From a virus (lineage: Duplodnaviria > Caudoviricetes): a stretch of DNA of 32,973 bases. Positions within the stretch are counted from its first letter, which is position 1, and each line of letters opens with the position of its first letter. Both the position numbers and the translations under genes were made by a program. Below are positions 19,301 to 24,829 of the stretch, piece by piece. The DNA is taken from the IMG/VR virus record IMGVR_UViG_3300043399_000882, positions 1 to 32,973 of that record. The stretch is one strand, 5' to 3'. The notes under the pieces are model-generated. The model was not told where the DNA came from. It did not search any database and saw nothing but the letters and a program-made list of their open reading frames with translations.

Positions 19301-20941
19301 ATCTTTATCAAATAAATCAAACAGTGGCGCTTGATTTAGTGACTCATGTTGCTGAGCAAGGACCCAAACATCACCGTTATACCACCAGCTTTTTCCCGAG
19401 TAATTCACACCATAATTGACTGCTAGAGAATACCCGATTTCCGGTGAAAAATCCGGAGCCTCGACTAAATCTATTTGATATCTATTGTCGATGATCCGAT
19501 AGTTAACTTCATAAATTTTTCCGCGAACTGCGGGGTCAATATCTGCGTTAAAAATTACCCGATGTCCTTGCTCAAGCTTAATACCGTCAATGTGATATAT
19601 CGCAGATCCCTCAACTATAGAAAACGCATCAGCAGTGTCATTGTCTATCAAATCTACATTTCGAACACCAGTTGTCCCAAAATTAAACAGTTTTAAATCG
19701 GCTTTAAACTCAATAATAGGCCTAGTTGCTCTGCTACTAGTTGGCAATTGAGGAACTTGCCCTGTGGCCAAAGCGCTGGCGGTGATGACATCAGCATGAA
19801 ACCATCTATTGTATCTAGTCCAAGGATTTAAGTCTTTGCTTGCTCGATTAATTGTCAAATATTCAGGATTAATAGGGACAGTCTTAAAAGTATCAAACGG
19901 ATATTTGTCAAACGTCTCAGCATCAAAGTTATCTTCTAGTGTGCTAGAAAATATTTTAGATCCAGTAAGGAGTGAGTAATCAATAAGTTTTATCTCGTGT
20001 CCAACACCCTCGACGATAAATTCCCGATCACTGTATTCTTCAGGTATAACCTTCCCGGCGAATCGAATTTTCATACCGTTTGACAGTGTGACGCCATTTC
20101 CAGAAGTAAATGACTTTTTGCCGAGGACGTCTAATTCAACATTGATAGACGAATCTTCAAAAGGATCCTTTATAACAATCTGACCTTGAGTGTAATTTAC
20201 AAGGTCTGACGTATAATATAGTATTGACGGTGTGTTTTCATCTACTGTGATATAAAGTGTGCCGTCAGTAAGTCCGTTTCCACTCACATTAAAATTATAA
20301 ACGTCAGCATACCCTAGAGATGGTGCTGTCTTAATGTAAAACGGATATTTCGACTTTATTTCAAATCTGTAGGTGTTGCCTCTGAATAGTGTAATTTGTG
20401 GATCTTCTGTCAAACCATCGGGTGTAAAAACCCATGCTGAGTTAATACTGTTATCAGTGACAGTGTATGTACTAACTGTACCGAAATTAAGTCCTGCGAT
20501 ATCTACTGTGATTGGGCCTGTTGGTAACCAATAATACTGCTGATAATTAACTAACTTGTCAAAATCAATATGGGGATTGTATGAATGGATTTCAGGCTTA
20601 AACAACCTATCAAAATTGTTAACAATTCCACCTTCGGTTGCCAACTCGTTGGCCAAATCATCAATTGCTTTAACTTGCTCGATATTCCCGGACTCATCTT
20701 TAATAACAAGCGCAGGCTCTAATTGATAATCCCTTCTCAGCGGCGATGTCTCTGTGATGTAATCATCAGTTTCCGATTTATACGTCGGAGTATTTTTAGT
20801 CCCGATGAATCCGTCAATTCTTTCAAGTTTTGGTGGCTGAATTAACTGATCAATTGTGCTAGCCAAGAATTTAGAGTTTTTTTCAGTTCTAAAAAATTCA
20901 GGTAAAAGATTGACAGATTTAATTGGCTTATTTGACATCAT
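7349..20941 (-). CDS. Giant 4530-aa multidomain baseplate/virion protein (occupies the gp7-like wedge position)
   Basis: Uninterrupted 13.6 kb ORF coupled to gp6 by a TAATG overlap. It has a wedge-like N-terminus (SVNLLPEFFRT..NSKFL), FG-GAP-like repeats (FGS/FGA...LLVGAP...GxVY), G.V..V.I.DPG.GY repeats and CBM5/12-like W/Y..GDIV....YY motifs. Confidence 0.75.
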   Translation of the reverse strand: MMSNKPIKSVNLLPEFFRTEKNSKFLASTIDQLIQPPKLERIDGFIGTKNTPTYKSETDDYITETSPLRRDYQLEPALVIKDESGNIEQVKAIDDLANELATEGGIVNNFDRLFKPEIHSYNPHIDFDKLVNYQQYYWLPTGPITVDIAGLNFGTVSTYTVTDNSINSAWVFTPDGLTEDPQITLFRGNTYRFEIKSKYPFYIKTAPSLGYADVYNFNVSGNGLTDGTLYITVDENTPSILYYTSDLVNYTQGQIVIKDPFEDSSINVELDVLGKKSFTSGNGVTLSNGMKIRFAGKVIPEEYSDREFIVEGVGHEIKLIDYSLLTGSKIFSSTLEDNFDAETFDKYPFDTFKTVPINPEYLTINRASKDLNPWTRYNRWFHADVITASALATGQVPQLPTSSRATRPIIEFKADLKLFNFGTTGVRNVDLIDNDTADAFSIVEGSAIYHIDGIKLEQGHRVIFNADIDPAVRGKIYEVNYRIIDNRYQIDLVEAPDFSPEIGYSLAVNYGVNYSGKSWWYNGDVWVLAQQHESLNQAPLFDLFDKDGISYSSGSVYNSNFSGNKIFSYADGTVYDSVLGFSIKYKTTAKTGVGSWMFANNLTSDTFSIFENNKVTTVSAAKAFCKYSYSTGDVLKNAWDVAVNYDIPVLQFTVSTATSIIEITSLSQPIDSDTSFTVFVNNVQIDSSKWQLVSEVNRSYIQFNYTLDRLSNVLIKARTKTQTTNSGWYETPVSLTNNPLNGSVSEFTLTELTDHFKTMAEVDIEFYGNAVGSNNSRDLPFVGKTGSRLISNANPIAFAAFFLGIKEHNAVDAITKSADQYNQFKLAFLKKIAEFEIAGDPKSAVDIALSELNSDKDLNSPWYDSDMIAYGNDKEARSWIVTDSRNISYPIKSEFNTSALSTRSVLVYLNDIQLTHGVDYQFNSVDSFVEFLKPLVPGDRIVVDDYYDTSGSYVPATPSKLGLYPKFEPQIIIDNTYAAGPTKVIQGHDGSLMVAYNDYRDNVVLEFEKRIFNNIKAAYRPELLDAISFFPGAFRETEYSVTEVNKILQKDFMKWAGFYGVDAFTNSTFDYSSSLTWNCSDSTVVATGSKVRGNWRSIFKHLYDTERPGTHPWEMLGFSNKPSWWESEYGIAPYTSGNDLLWEDLSKGIIRQGHRAGVDIKYVREGLLSCLPVDEFGNNVSIDTLVTAISPADIYKDWQFGDFGPAETAWRRSSYWPFAVQRLLAVAKPSTYASMMYDTSDVIVNPVGQKVSNTSELFLNLNSVKVSGYNGALTSGYSVYVSEIGKQRSSNYLKTLAEDLAYSNFSLFYKVGGFVSKDKLQIIIDAIEPNSTSPGALLPQEDYELILNVSNPVKTVTISGIVIQKTSGKFVLKGYDQFSPYFNVLMPIRNTNTPAITIGGISEPYVNWSEGSAGSNNGLTAADTTTAQSAIAGNFYSAGQIVSYRNKFYRVKVSHQAGSSFNPSLYQILQSLPVNGGATVQVAASFENTTTHVPYGTTFERLQDVFDVIVGYGKWLETQGFVFDQYSADLDTIVDWNLSSREFLYWTTQNWADNSVITLSPFADNVKFSLPNSVVDNIFDSFYEYRVLKADGLPISKNNLTISRNDGVCVINTINTVEGIYFAELNSVQKEHAMVFNNKTVFNDTIYEIETGYRQRRMKLSGFRTAEWNGDYFSPGFVYDTALIDSWKEYTDYKYGDIVKFTGKYYSAIRNITGAAKFSDQVNSWTLVGKKPVADLIPNFDYKINQFEDFYSLDIDNFDASQQKMAQHLIGYTPRVYLNNVFSNPIAQYKFYQGYIREKGTKNAITKLAKASIFNLQGEVSYTEDWAFRQGQYGSYSSYQEIELPLIEGSFVENPQIINIVDQKPNEPVDLINYITKGELLITPEDYDVSKTFKTTSTNNFVLNSAGYVSFEDITATAYNENSLLDIASTSDIAEGDVFWLGFKQNGDWDILRYELNNSRVAGVYVSNPGSDITFVTDLHHGLSVGDIISINQFSDQVNGVYRVTSVPKLNQFTVPSDLTYITNEELLSPGLLYEFSSARIEDHSKFPSDLKMLRAPTGSKFWVDNQENGSYKWQVLEKTQSFNTYTSVSSTTGGVSQKFGSKVYKNSDSTIILVGSPEFLGSYDNGRVYVFNDIGFESERVFNYSINTENIDYYNSDISEFGSAICYSSNEFSDSGYGLIVAGAPAAGNIRQASTVGLKVSKEYNSVVNSTESGLIKISSVNPILIGDVPQFIISSPNSVDYQRFGASVDLKGDTLLVGAPGTLTTGTGAVYEYQLTSPATTTYVQSTALSGNNLIYLRSTEGVEQGMRVWIKDLFEDIIQGPTVVSIGSNELGDYIKISTNLAQDINQNSKVQFYDISNLKAYTGISTSTTGLMVSYVAPLTTSTLSTGSQWGYSLSKSVDASYVAISAPGSNQVSIFSGSNYSFLQNVEVPSFVESGDRFGDAVKLSNDGTVLLVTVPQVKNINQSTGAVIVYINTGTAFAYDSTIYNPIPGSKFKFGTSISIDDDSSSIAISAVGSITTEMTVDNNSTTFDAKSTKFYSTVDNCGTVYIFKKLSDSSRYVLCEEVFPIDSIDELSGSDYGRSIVIANDTVVVAAPTQSSGKVYQFTKTDPSISSLNVYKKYDEFVDTDVIQKVMLIDVDTEQVIDYLDLFDPIKGKIPGIADQEIRYKTSFDPALYSIGTASTNNDVTSNWLDDHVGELWWDLSTVKYVWYEQGSLSYRKNNWGTLFPGATIDVYEWVSSQYLPSEWSAIADTPSGLTEGISGQPKFVDNSTISVKQVYNSLTNSFTNRYYYWVKNKVTVPTSKNRRISSYQVSSIISNPTSYGLKIASLISKDAMILSNVGDLLVGDSINLNIAFDEFKGSIPKHTEWALIQEGSDSSMPTAMLEKKLIDSLLGHDSLGNPVPDPSLSERTRYGISIRPRQTLFKDRKAALRNLVEFVNSVLLENQITGNYSFENLLKEETVPVLASGEYDEIVEDNELLTLVDVRYIKTAKISCSVDNGKVVRVSIDDPGLGYKTPPKVTVMTGSAEIKLEIDGSGSVTSAQIIDPGHGYDIPPDLEIRPFTVIVLSDSISNGKWAKFIRDTEISEWVRVSTQTYNTRLYWDYVDWQSQDFNKFVDYTETVDYVYQLDTLIDIVENQYVKVKNVGDGRYVVLRKTNTDTGTFGKGYDLVYSQNGTIQIQDRIWNTVGNNLGFDSNNNYDQTLYDQTPDIELSYILKALKSDIFVNELKINWNLLFFKAVRYALSEQKILDWAFKTSFISVTNYAGSLDQRPVYKLQDSAYYEDYIKEVKPYHTQIRSFSTNYDILEPSNTFTTDFDFPPYFNTQTLKIDAAELSDSVIEQHPWKSWSDNYLYKVGSVGIGDVGEGYKYPPTVIFNTADGDTGGGASAKAYVTSGKVTYIEILNPGANYRVAPTIVLDGGGYTKQARAYAQLVNGKVRTNKVGIKFDRVSSSPEIDEHNVVDRFLCDGSTSEYVLSWLADANKLNITVLLDGDLVLGSEYKLVFYDQVYNGYHKKYSKIVFVNQVPEADHLLEVRYDKNIELYNAAERITKFYKPTAGMPGNDLAQVMDGIDFPGTVIEGLTFDYNAKWGYDYSSYGKFSWADSISSYKTASVLNYDPIHKFFEVNSVDITVGMLVNALSDEPIFADESVFVSKVEIQVNTSKLYFSSDIINQVVGGLVIEFWKYDENSAILDTSINGGTFIDAFGVDPARTIVDGSGFISQDIAQTTEELVPGFVADSIGINVYTRNSRGAPIVFSGSADVSSYSTTTVQLMFVPPNKDSIFVTYNNRIFIESTSTTFSTLTNSSLYYIDWVANTLTISPQSSNGILGYNIVGIGGGRSTLEAGVIDRDFAVSEIGTTEAQVYSLSSADTVKSAYVTVNGSSITSQYSTSTPYYVLGASSDLNRRASVHVYNLTTTTANAVQAWFFGTENKYYNEFKEQTFTVTSPSSVFALEQPPGMLEPAAVNMIVELNDGSGFRKLAPPTVVYYKYDASTEIFAVEPPNLPVSNAGVDYIRVYVNGKLKKVDLEYNVTIAKDFVQFNPNILFPGDAIAVLSVRNEEASTITFDVVDGDLVLNKPVENSIIRATSFTNHDDMMVTVEKFAGRPSRRFTLTKSVLNDNYVWVDVNGIPLVNKIDYKILEDSRTIEIGDRYNILSTDLVTITVITSDKLASTVLGYRVFNDVFERTSFKRLSKGNSTVLSAPLTADDIEIHVVDAAVLTPPTLDKKIPGVVVINGERIEFFSVVDNTLTQLRRSTLGTGLAPYLEVGTPVIDQGSYQTIPYAENQYKQIIYTTNTNSYVISTVTTTVVNPLNSNSDSVSDGIKLQSDFDTLVSGSGQEVITRYSDQVQVYYGGRLLRKDGYYLHDISLAYDSQEADIVGSVAAVQDLPSTNILGESYLVTATNEVWVYENSKSENSVLGYLYNGMKYVEPEFSISVTTNQQLLELNIENGVQENIKLVIVKREFNRTNLWNDQVSPTQTESIMDSTTSVAKFLQARPAELPNRENQGLLTSAGLALTDSNGTPL

Positions 20942-23900
20942 TAATTCCCACTGTTAAATGCGCTATTTGTTAAATTTAGTTGAGTCGCTGTTATGGCATC
21001 GATAATACTTATGTCGTTAACAGTTGCTCCACTTATGAAAATTTCGTTACTTAAACATGAAATTTCATATAAGTTTCCAAACGAACTGACTTTTGGAACA
21101 ATAACAAAATTAATTATATTTGGAGTAAGTGCGTTCATAACATACGCCGACAATTCGCTGAATCTAAACGATTGTCCAAAATCCCAATTCTCTAAAGAAA
21201 AGAACTCGTTTATGGCCGTGAGTATATTAGATTTAAGTTCGTTATCGCTTATTGGAATATTTGGATTTCTGACTGCTTTAAATGTTGCTTGAAGACTAGG
21301 TGTTGCTTTGCTACCAAATAAAACTTTGTATCTAACCGGTTGAAATACGATCTCATCACTGATTGTTTTTATAGGTTCAAGCTGTGCCGAGTAATTTTGT
21401 TCTAAGCTTTGGCTTGTCGGAGCAAGGGGTTCAGATCCTGTACCAGATGTTAGCCAAGCTCGATACTCGGCATCGTAGGCCAATGTTAACAAATAAACGT
21501 CAACTAGATTGCTCTTACTAGGATCGATGCGGCGATCTTCACCGCTGTTGTGCTGATACTGAAATTTTAAATCAGTTCTACCTGGATATGCGTAATATTT
21601 CGACTCATATGTGAATACTGGAGACCCCGCGGTTGTTGAATACCTCTTTACTACGTTCTCTGTTTCATCATAGAAGTAAACCAATTGTCCTTCTTCAAAA
21701 TATGCCATATCATTATCCACAAGTTGTTGTGCAACTGATTCAGTTGGAAAGGAAATAATCGTAGAAGTTGTTATTTGATAGCGTAGTCCGTCATCTAAAG
21801 TTTCAAAATATACAAATTTATCCAAGTATCCGGCATTTTTAACATCAATGCCAGCTGTGGCTGTAGATAACGGTTGTACAATATTTCCAAAAGTGTCAGG
21901 GTCAGTAACTTGACCAGAACTATTGAAATCATAAAAACTAACTAACACCTTTTTAGGTTCGATATATCCATCAGATTCTGTAATTGGTCCATCAATTTGC
22001 CAAACATAGTCTTTCTCAAGACTGACTGCTGTAGAAGTTGAAGATTTATTGATAGATAACACTGTAATTTTATCCTTTATTACAGTATCATTTGTAAAAT
22101 CGTAATTAATATTGTTTGTATCTACGAAAAACCCAGTCTGGTTTTGACTCTCAAAAACGTAATTAGTCAATCGATACCGAACTTTGTAGTTTTTGCCAGT
22201 CCAAGTAAATGCCACGAGCCAACTAGAATCTTTACTAGAGTTAGTTTTATCCCCCTGGAAGTCTAAACTAAACGGTGAAGTTAAGTTTAAATTTGTATCT
22301 AATACAATAGCCCATGATCTGGTACTGTCGTTTATAGTTAAACCAAAATTTCGTTGATTTAAGCATAAGTTAACTAACTCAGATTCGAACGCATTAGTTA
22401 AATTACTCACATATTTGGGTATGATTTCGACCAGTGTAGAACCTTCTGGAACAATATCACTAAAAATAACTGGGCCGGTACCATCATCTAATGTGCCTTG
22501 CCCAGAGTTGGTACCATCTCCGAAGACCGCAACTACCGTAGTCCACATTACTGTATTAGTGTTGCCAAAACTATTATTGAATTTAACCAATGAACCAGGA
22601 GCTAGATACTTTAAATTGTCAGTTGTAAAAATACCAAGACTTAGTGGCTGGTCTGTGCTAGGATCGTAAAAATAACCTCTAGACTGTCCCGACACTTTGT
22701 TTACCAATTTCCATTTAGCAACAAAATCACTAACAGTTATTCTAGAAAATTTATCGAAATAGAACGATCTCAAAGACTCGGAAGAAATTATTGGAGCCAG
22801 TTGTTGCTTTATTACCGCATACACTTCATTTCTGTTAACAAAATCAAACGTAAAGTTCTGTTCATTAGTGTTCTTATACACAATCCCGTCTGACGCAAAG
22901 ATATCAGTTCGACTATATTTGCCAGTAGCGTCCGATAGCTCGAAATACTTACTGATACCACTTGTTGATCGGTTAACACTCTTGACTTTTAGTATATCAC
23001 TTCCCAAAGTCAAAGGAGCAATATTGTAATCTTCAGCAGTTACCATCCGATTCTGTAGATAGTATGCTTGCGGGGCTTTGCTCTGTATACTAGCATTAGA
23101 TTCCGGACCTGCGCTATTATTAACAGTATACTGAAGGGATAGCGTAATTGATAGAGTATTCGTCTGCCCTGTCCTATTTGTATAGGGTATCTCAACAACA
23201 ACACCACTAAGTTGATCTGGCTTAATGCTATAACTTAAGCCGTTACTTTGTCGATACAATAATTTAAATTGTCCTTTAGGTAGATTACCGAAAGATCCGT
23301 CAGCGAAATTCAAATCTATTTGATCTCTGTCGCGAGATGTTACACTGTAGAAGTTTCTCTCGTTTTTATCCAAACTATTATAAATGATGTTGTTGCCGGT
23401 TACACTTGGCACCTTTTTCCAAAGAATATCATACTCACCGTTGCTATCGAGTTGCCACAACCACACGTCTGAATCGTTAATACCGGCAGTGTTAACCCCA
23501 ACAATCTCATTAGGTACTGGATTATCTATAGAAAAACTAGCAACCCCCAAAGTCCCTTGTCTAAAATGACAGAAGAATCCCGTATTTGCGCTGCCAGAAC
23601 CTTGATTATCGTTTTTATAGATCAAGCTAAATGAATTAGCCGGTCTAGGTGCTTCCTCGTAAATAGATTTTCCGCCATCGAAGCCGCAAGATGTGATTTC
23701 AAAATTCATAGCAGTGCCATTTATACTTTTTAAAAAGCTGTACACTGGGACATCTGTATTAGCACTGTTTAATCGATATTGTTCTGTTTGTATACCGTCA
23801 ACAACTGCTCGGGCATACGGCTTACCAAACATAATTGTTTGATTCATTGCCGAGTTAATAATTGTTACAAACTGTTGAAACCAATTAGAGTTTGTAGGGT

Positions 23901-24333
23901 CATTCCATCCGATTACAGTATTCGATAAGTTTGTACCGTTAGAGTCATACACGTTATCAGTCGTAGATACCGCAGTAATCTTCAAAAAGCCAGTCGCCGG
24001 GACGTTTCTTTTTGGAACATAGCTAACTAGCTGAGCCAATCTCAATATGCTGTCTCGACGTTGCGCTGTTTCTAAAAAGTTTTCTCGAGCATTTAAATCT
24101 ATTCTAAAACTTAAATTTTGACCTAGATACGCAATCAAATCAATTAGGGCAATATATTCACTAGAATCAATGAAGTCGTTGAAGTCTTCAGGATAATTTT
24201 CCCGAAGATAGGTAATCATGGTTCGCCTAATCGTCTCAAAGTCGTAGCTCTTAAAGTCGGCATTACGAAACCCTTGGTAAATCTTTTTCCAGTCCTCAGC
24301 GACTAGCAGCTTTGAGTTTGTTGATGGTATCAT
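20941..24333 (-). CDS. gp6: Baseplate wedge subunit (T4 gp6 / baseplate J-like)
   Basis: YDFETIRRTMITYL...DF..SS..ALIDLIAY...RIDLNARENFLETAQRRDSILRLAQLVSY.P, plus F.DG.FG..P, ES.ASI...AP..Y..QNRMVTAEDY. Lies directly after gp25. Confidence 0.9.
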   Translation of the reverse strand: MIPSTNSKLLVAEDWKKIYQGFRNADFKSYDFETIRRTMITYLRENYPEDFNDFIDSSEYIALIDLIAYLGQNLSFRIDLNARENFLETAQRRDSILRLAQLVSYVPKRNVPATGFLKITAVSTTDNVYDSNGTNLSNTVIGWNDPTNSNWFQQFVTIINSAMNQTIMFGKPYARAVVDGIQTEQYRLNSANTDVPVYSFLKSINGTAMNFEITSCGFDGGKSIYEEAPRPANSFSLIYKNDNQGSGSANTGFFCHFRQGTLGVASFSIDNPVPNEIVGVNTAGINDSDVWLWQLDSNGEYDILWKKVPSVTGNNIIYNSLDKNERNFYSVTSRDRDQIDLNFADGSFGNLPKGQFKLLYRQSNGLSYSIKPDQLSGVVVEIPYTNRTGQTNTLSITLSLQYTVNNSAGPESNASIQSKAPQAYYLQNRMVTAEDYNIAPLTLGSDILKVKSVNRSTSGISKYFELSDATGKYSRTDIFASDGIVYKNTNEQNFTFDFVNRNEVYAVIKQQLAPIISSESLRSFYFDKFSRITVSDFVAKWKLVNKVSGQSRGYFYDPSTDQPLSLGIFTTDNLKYLAPGSLVKFNNSFGNTNTVMWTTVVAVFGDGTNSGQGTLDDGTGPVIFSDIVPEGSTLVEIIPKYVSNLTNAFESELVNLCLNQRNFGLTINDSTRSWAIVLDTNLNLTSPFSLDFQGDKTNSSKDSSWLVAFTWTGKNYKVRYRLTNYVFESQNQTGFFVDTNNINYDFTNDTVIKDKITVLSINKSSTSTAVSLEKDYVWQIDGPITESDGYIEPKKVLVSFYDFNSSGQVTDPDTFGNIVQPLSTATAGIDVKNAGYLDKFVYFETLDDGLRYQITTSTIISFPTESVAQQLVDNDMAYFEEGQLVYFYDETENVVKRYSTTAGSPVFTYESKYYAYPGRTDLKFQYQHNSGEDRRIDPSKSNLVDVYLLTLAYDAEYRAWLTSGTGSEPLAPTSQSLEQNYSAQLEPIKTISDEIVFQPVRYKVLFGSKATPSLQATFKAVRNPNIPISDNELKSNILTAINEFFSLENWDFGQSFRFSELSAYVMNALTPNIINFVIVPKVSSFGNLYEISCLSNEIFISGATVNDISIIDAITATQLNLTNSAFNSGN

Positions 24334-24351
24334 AATTTTTCTACTGTACCG

Positions 24352-24358
24352 TATTTAT
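24352..24358 (-). promoter_or_regulatory. Putative late promoter for gp6
   Basis: ATAAATA in the intergenic gap, 18 nt before the ATG. Confidence 0.6.
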
Positions 24359-24379
24359 TTAACGCATAAAGTGGGCAGT

Positions 24380-24817
24380 TTATTCAGAGACTAGACCAAG
24401 TTTTTGATCAAAAGTGAGAATCATATTAGACGACTGGTCTGTGCCATTTAACATAAGAGTGAGCTCTAAAATGTATCCAGACTCAAACTCAGTAACTTGA
24501 ATTTGCGTAGGGGAAACTCTAGGGTCATAGTTACAAATTTCAGTAACATCTTGCGTCAGTAATTCCCTGACTTCATCAGTTAACGGCTCCATCAAGAGTT
24601 CCCATATAATACTCCCAAAGTCAGGGTTCATGACCCTTTCACCCTTACGTGTATTGAAATGATTAATAATATCTTGTTTTATGATATCAAAATCATACAG
24701 TTTTGTGTTAGTCTGTGTCACATCGACTGAACTAAAACCTTTGTAAAACTGGCTTTGTTTTACAGGAGTTTGTAATACAGAGGTTTCATTGTTGATTTCT
24801 AAATTCTTATACGGCAT
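24380..24817 (-). CDS. gp25: Baseplate wedge/sheath initiator (T4 gp25-like)
   Basis: IKQDIINHFNTRKGERVMNPDFGSIIWELLMEP...YDPRV is the GPW/gp25 signature. Confidence 0.93.
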   Translation of the reverse strand: MPYKNLEINNETSVLQTPVKQSQFYKGFSSVDVTQTNTKLYDFDIIKQDIINHFNTRKGERVMNPDFGSIIWELLMEPLTDEVRELLTQDVTEICNYDPRVSPTQIQVTEFESGYILELTLMLNGTDQSSNMILTFDQKLGLVSE

Positions 24818-24822
24818 ACTGG

Positions 24823-24829
24823 TATTTAT
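24823..24829 (-). promoter_or_regulatory. Putative late promoter for gp25
   Basis: ATAAATA overlaps the gp5 TAA stop and lies 5 nt before the ATG. Confidence 0.55.
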
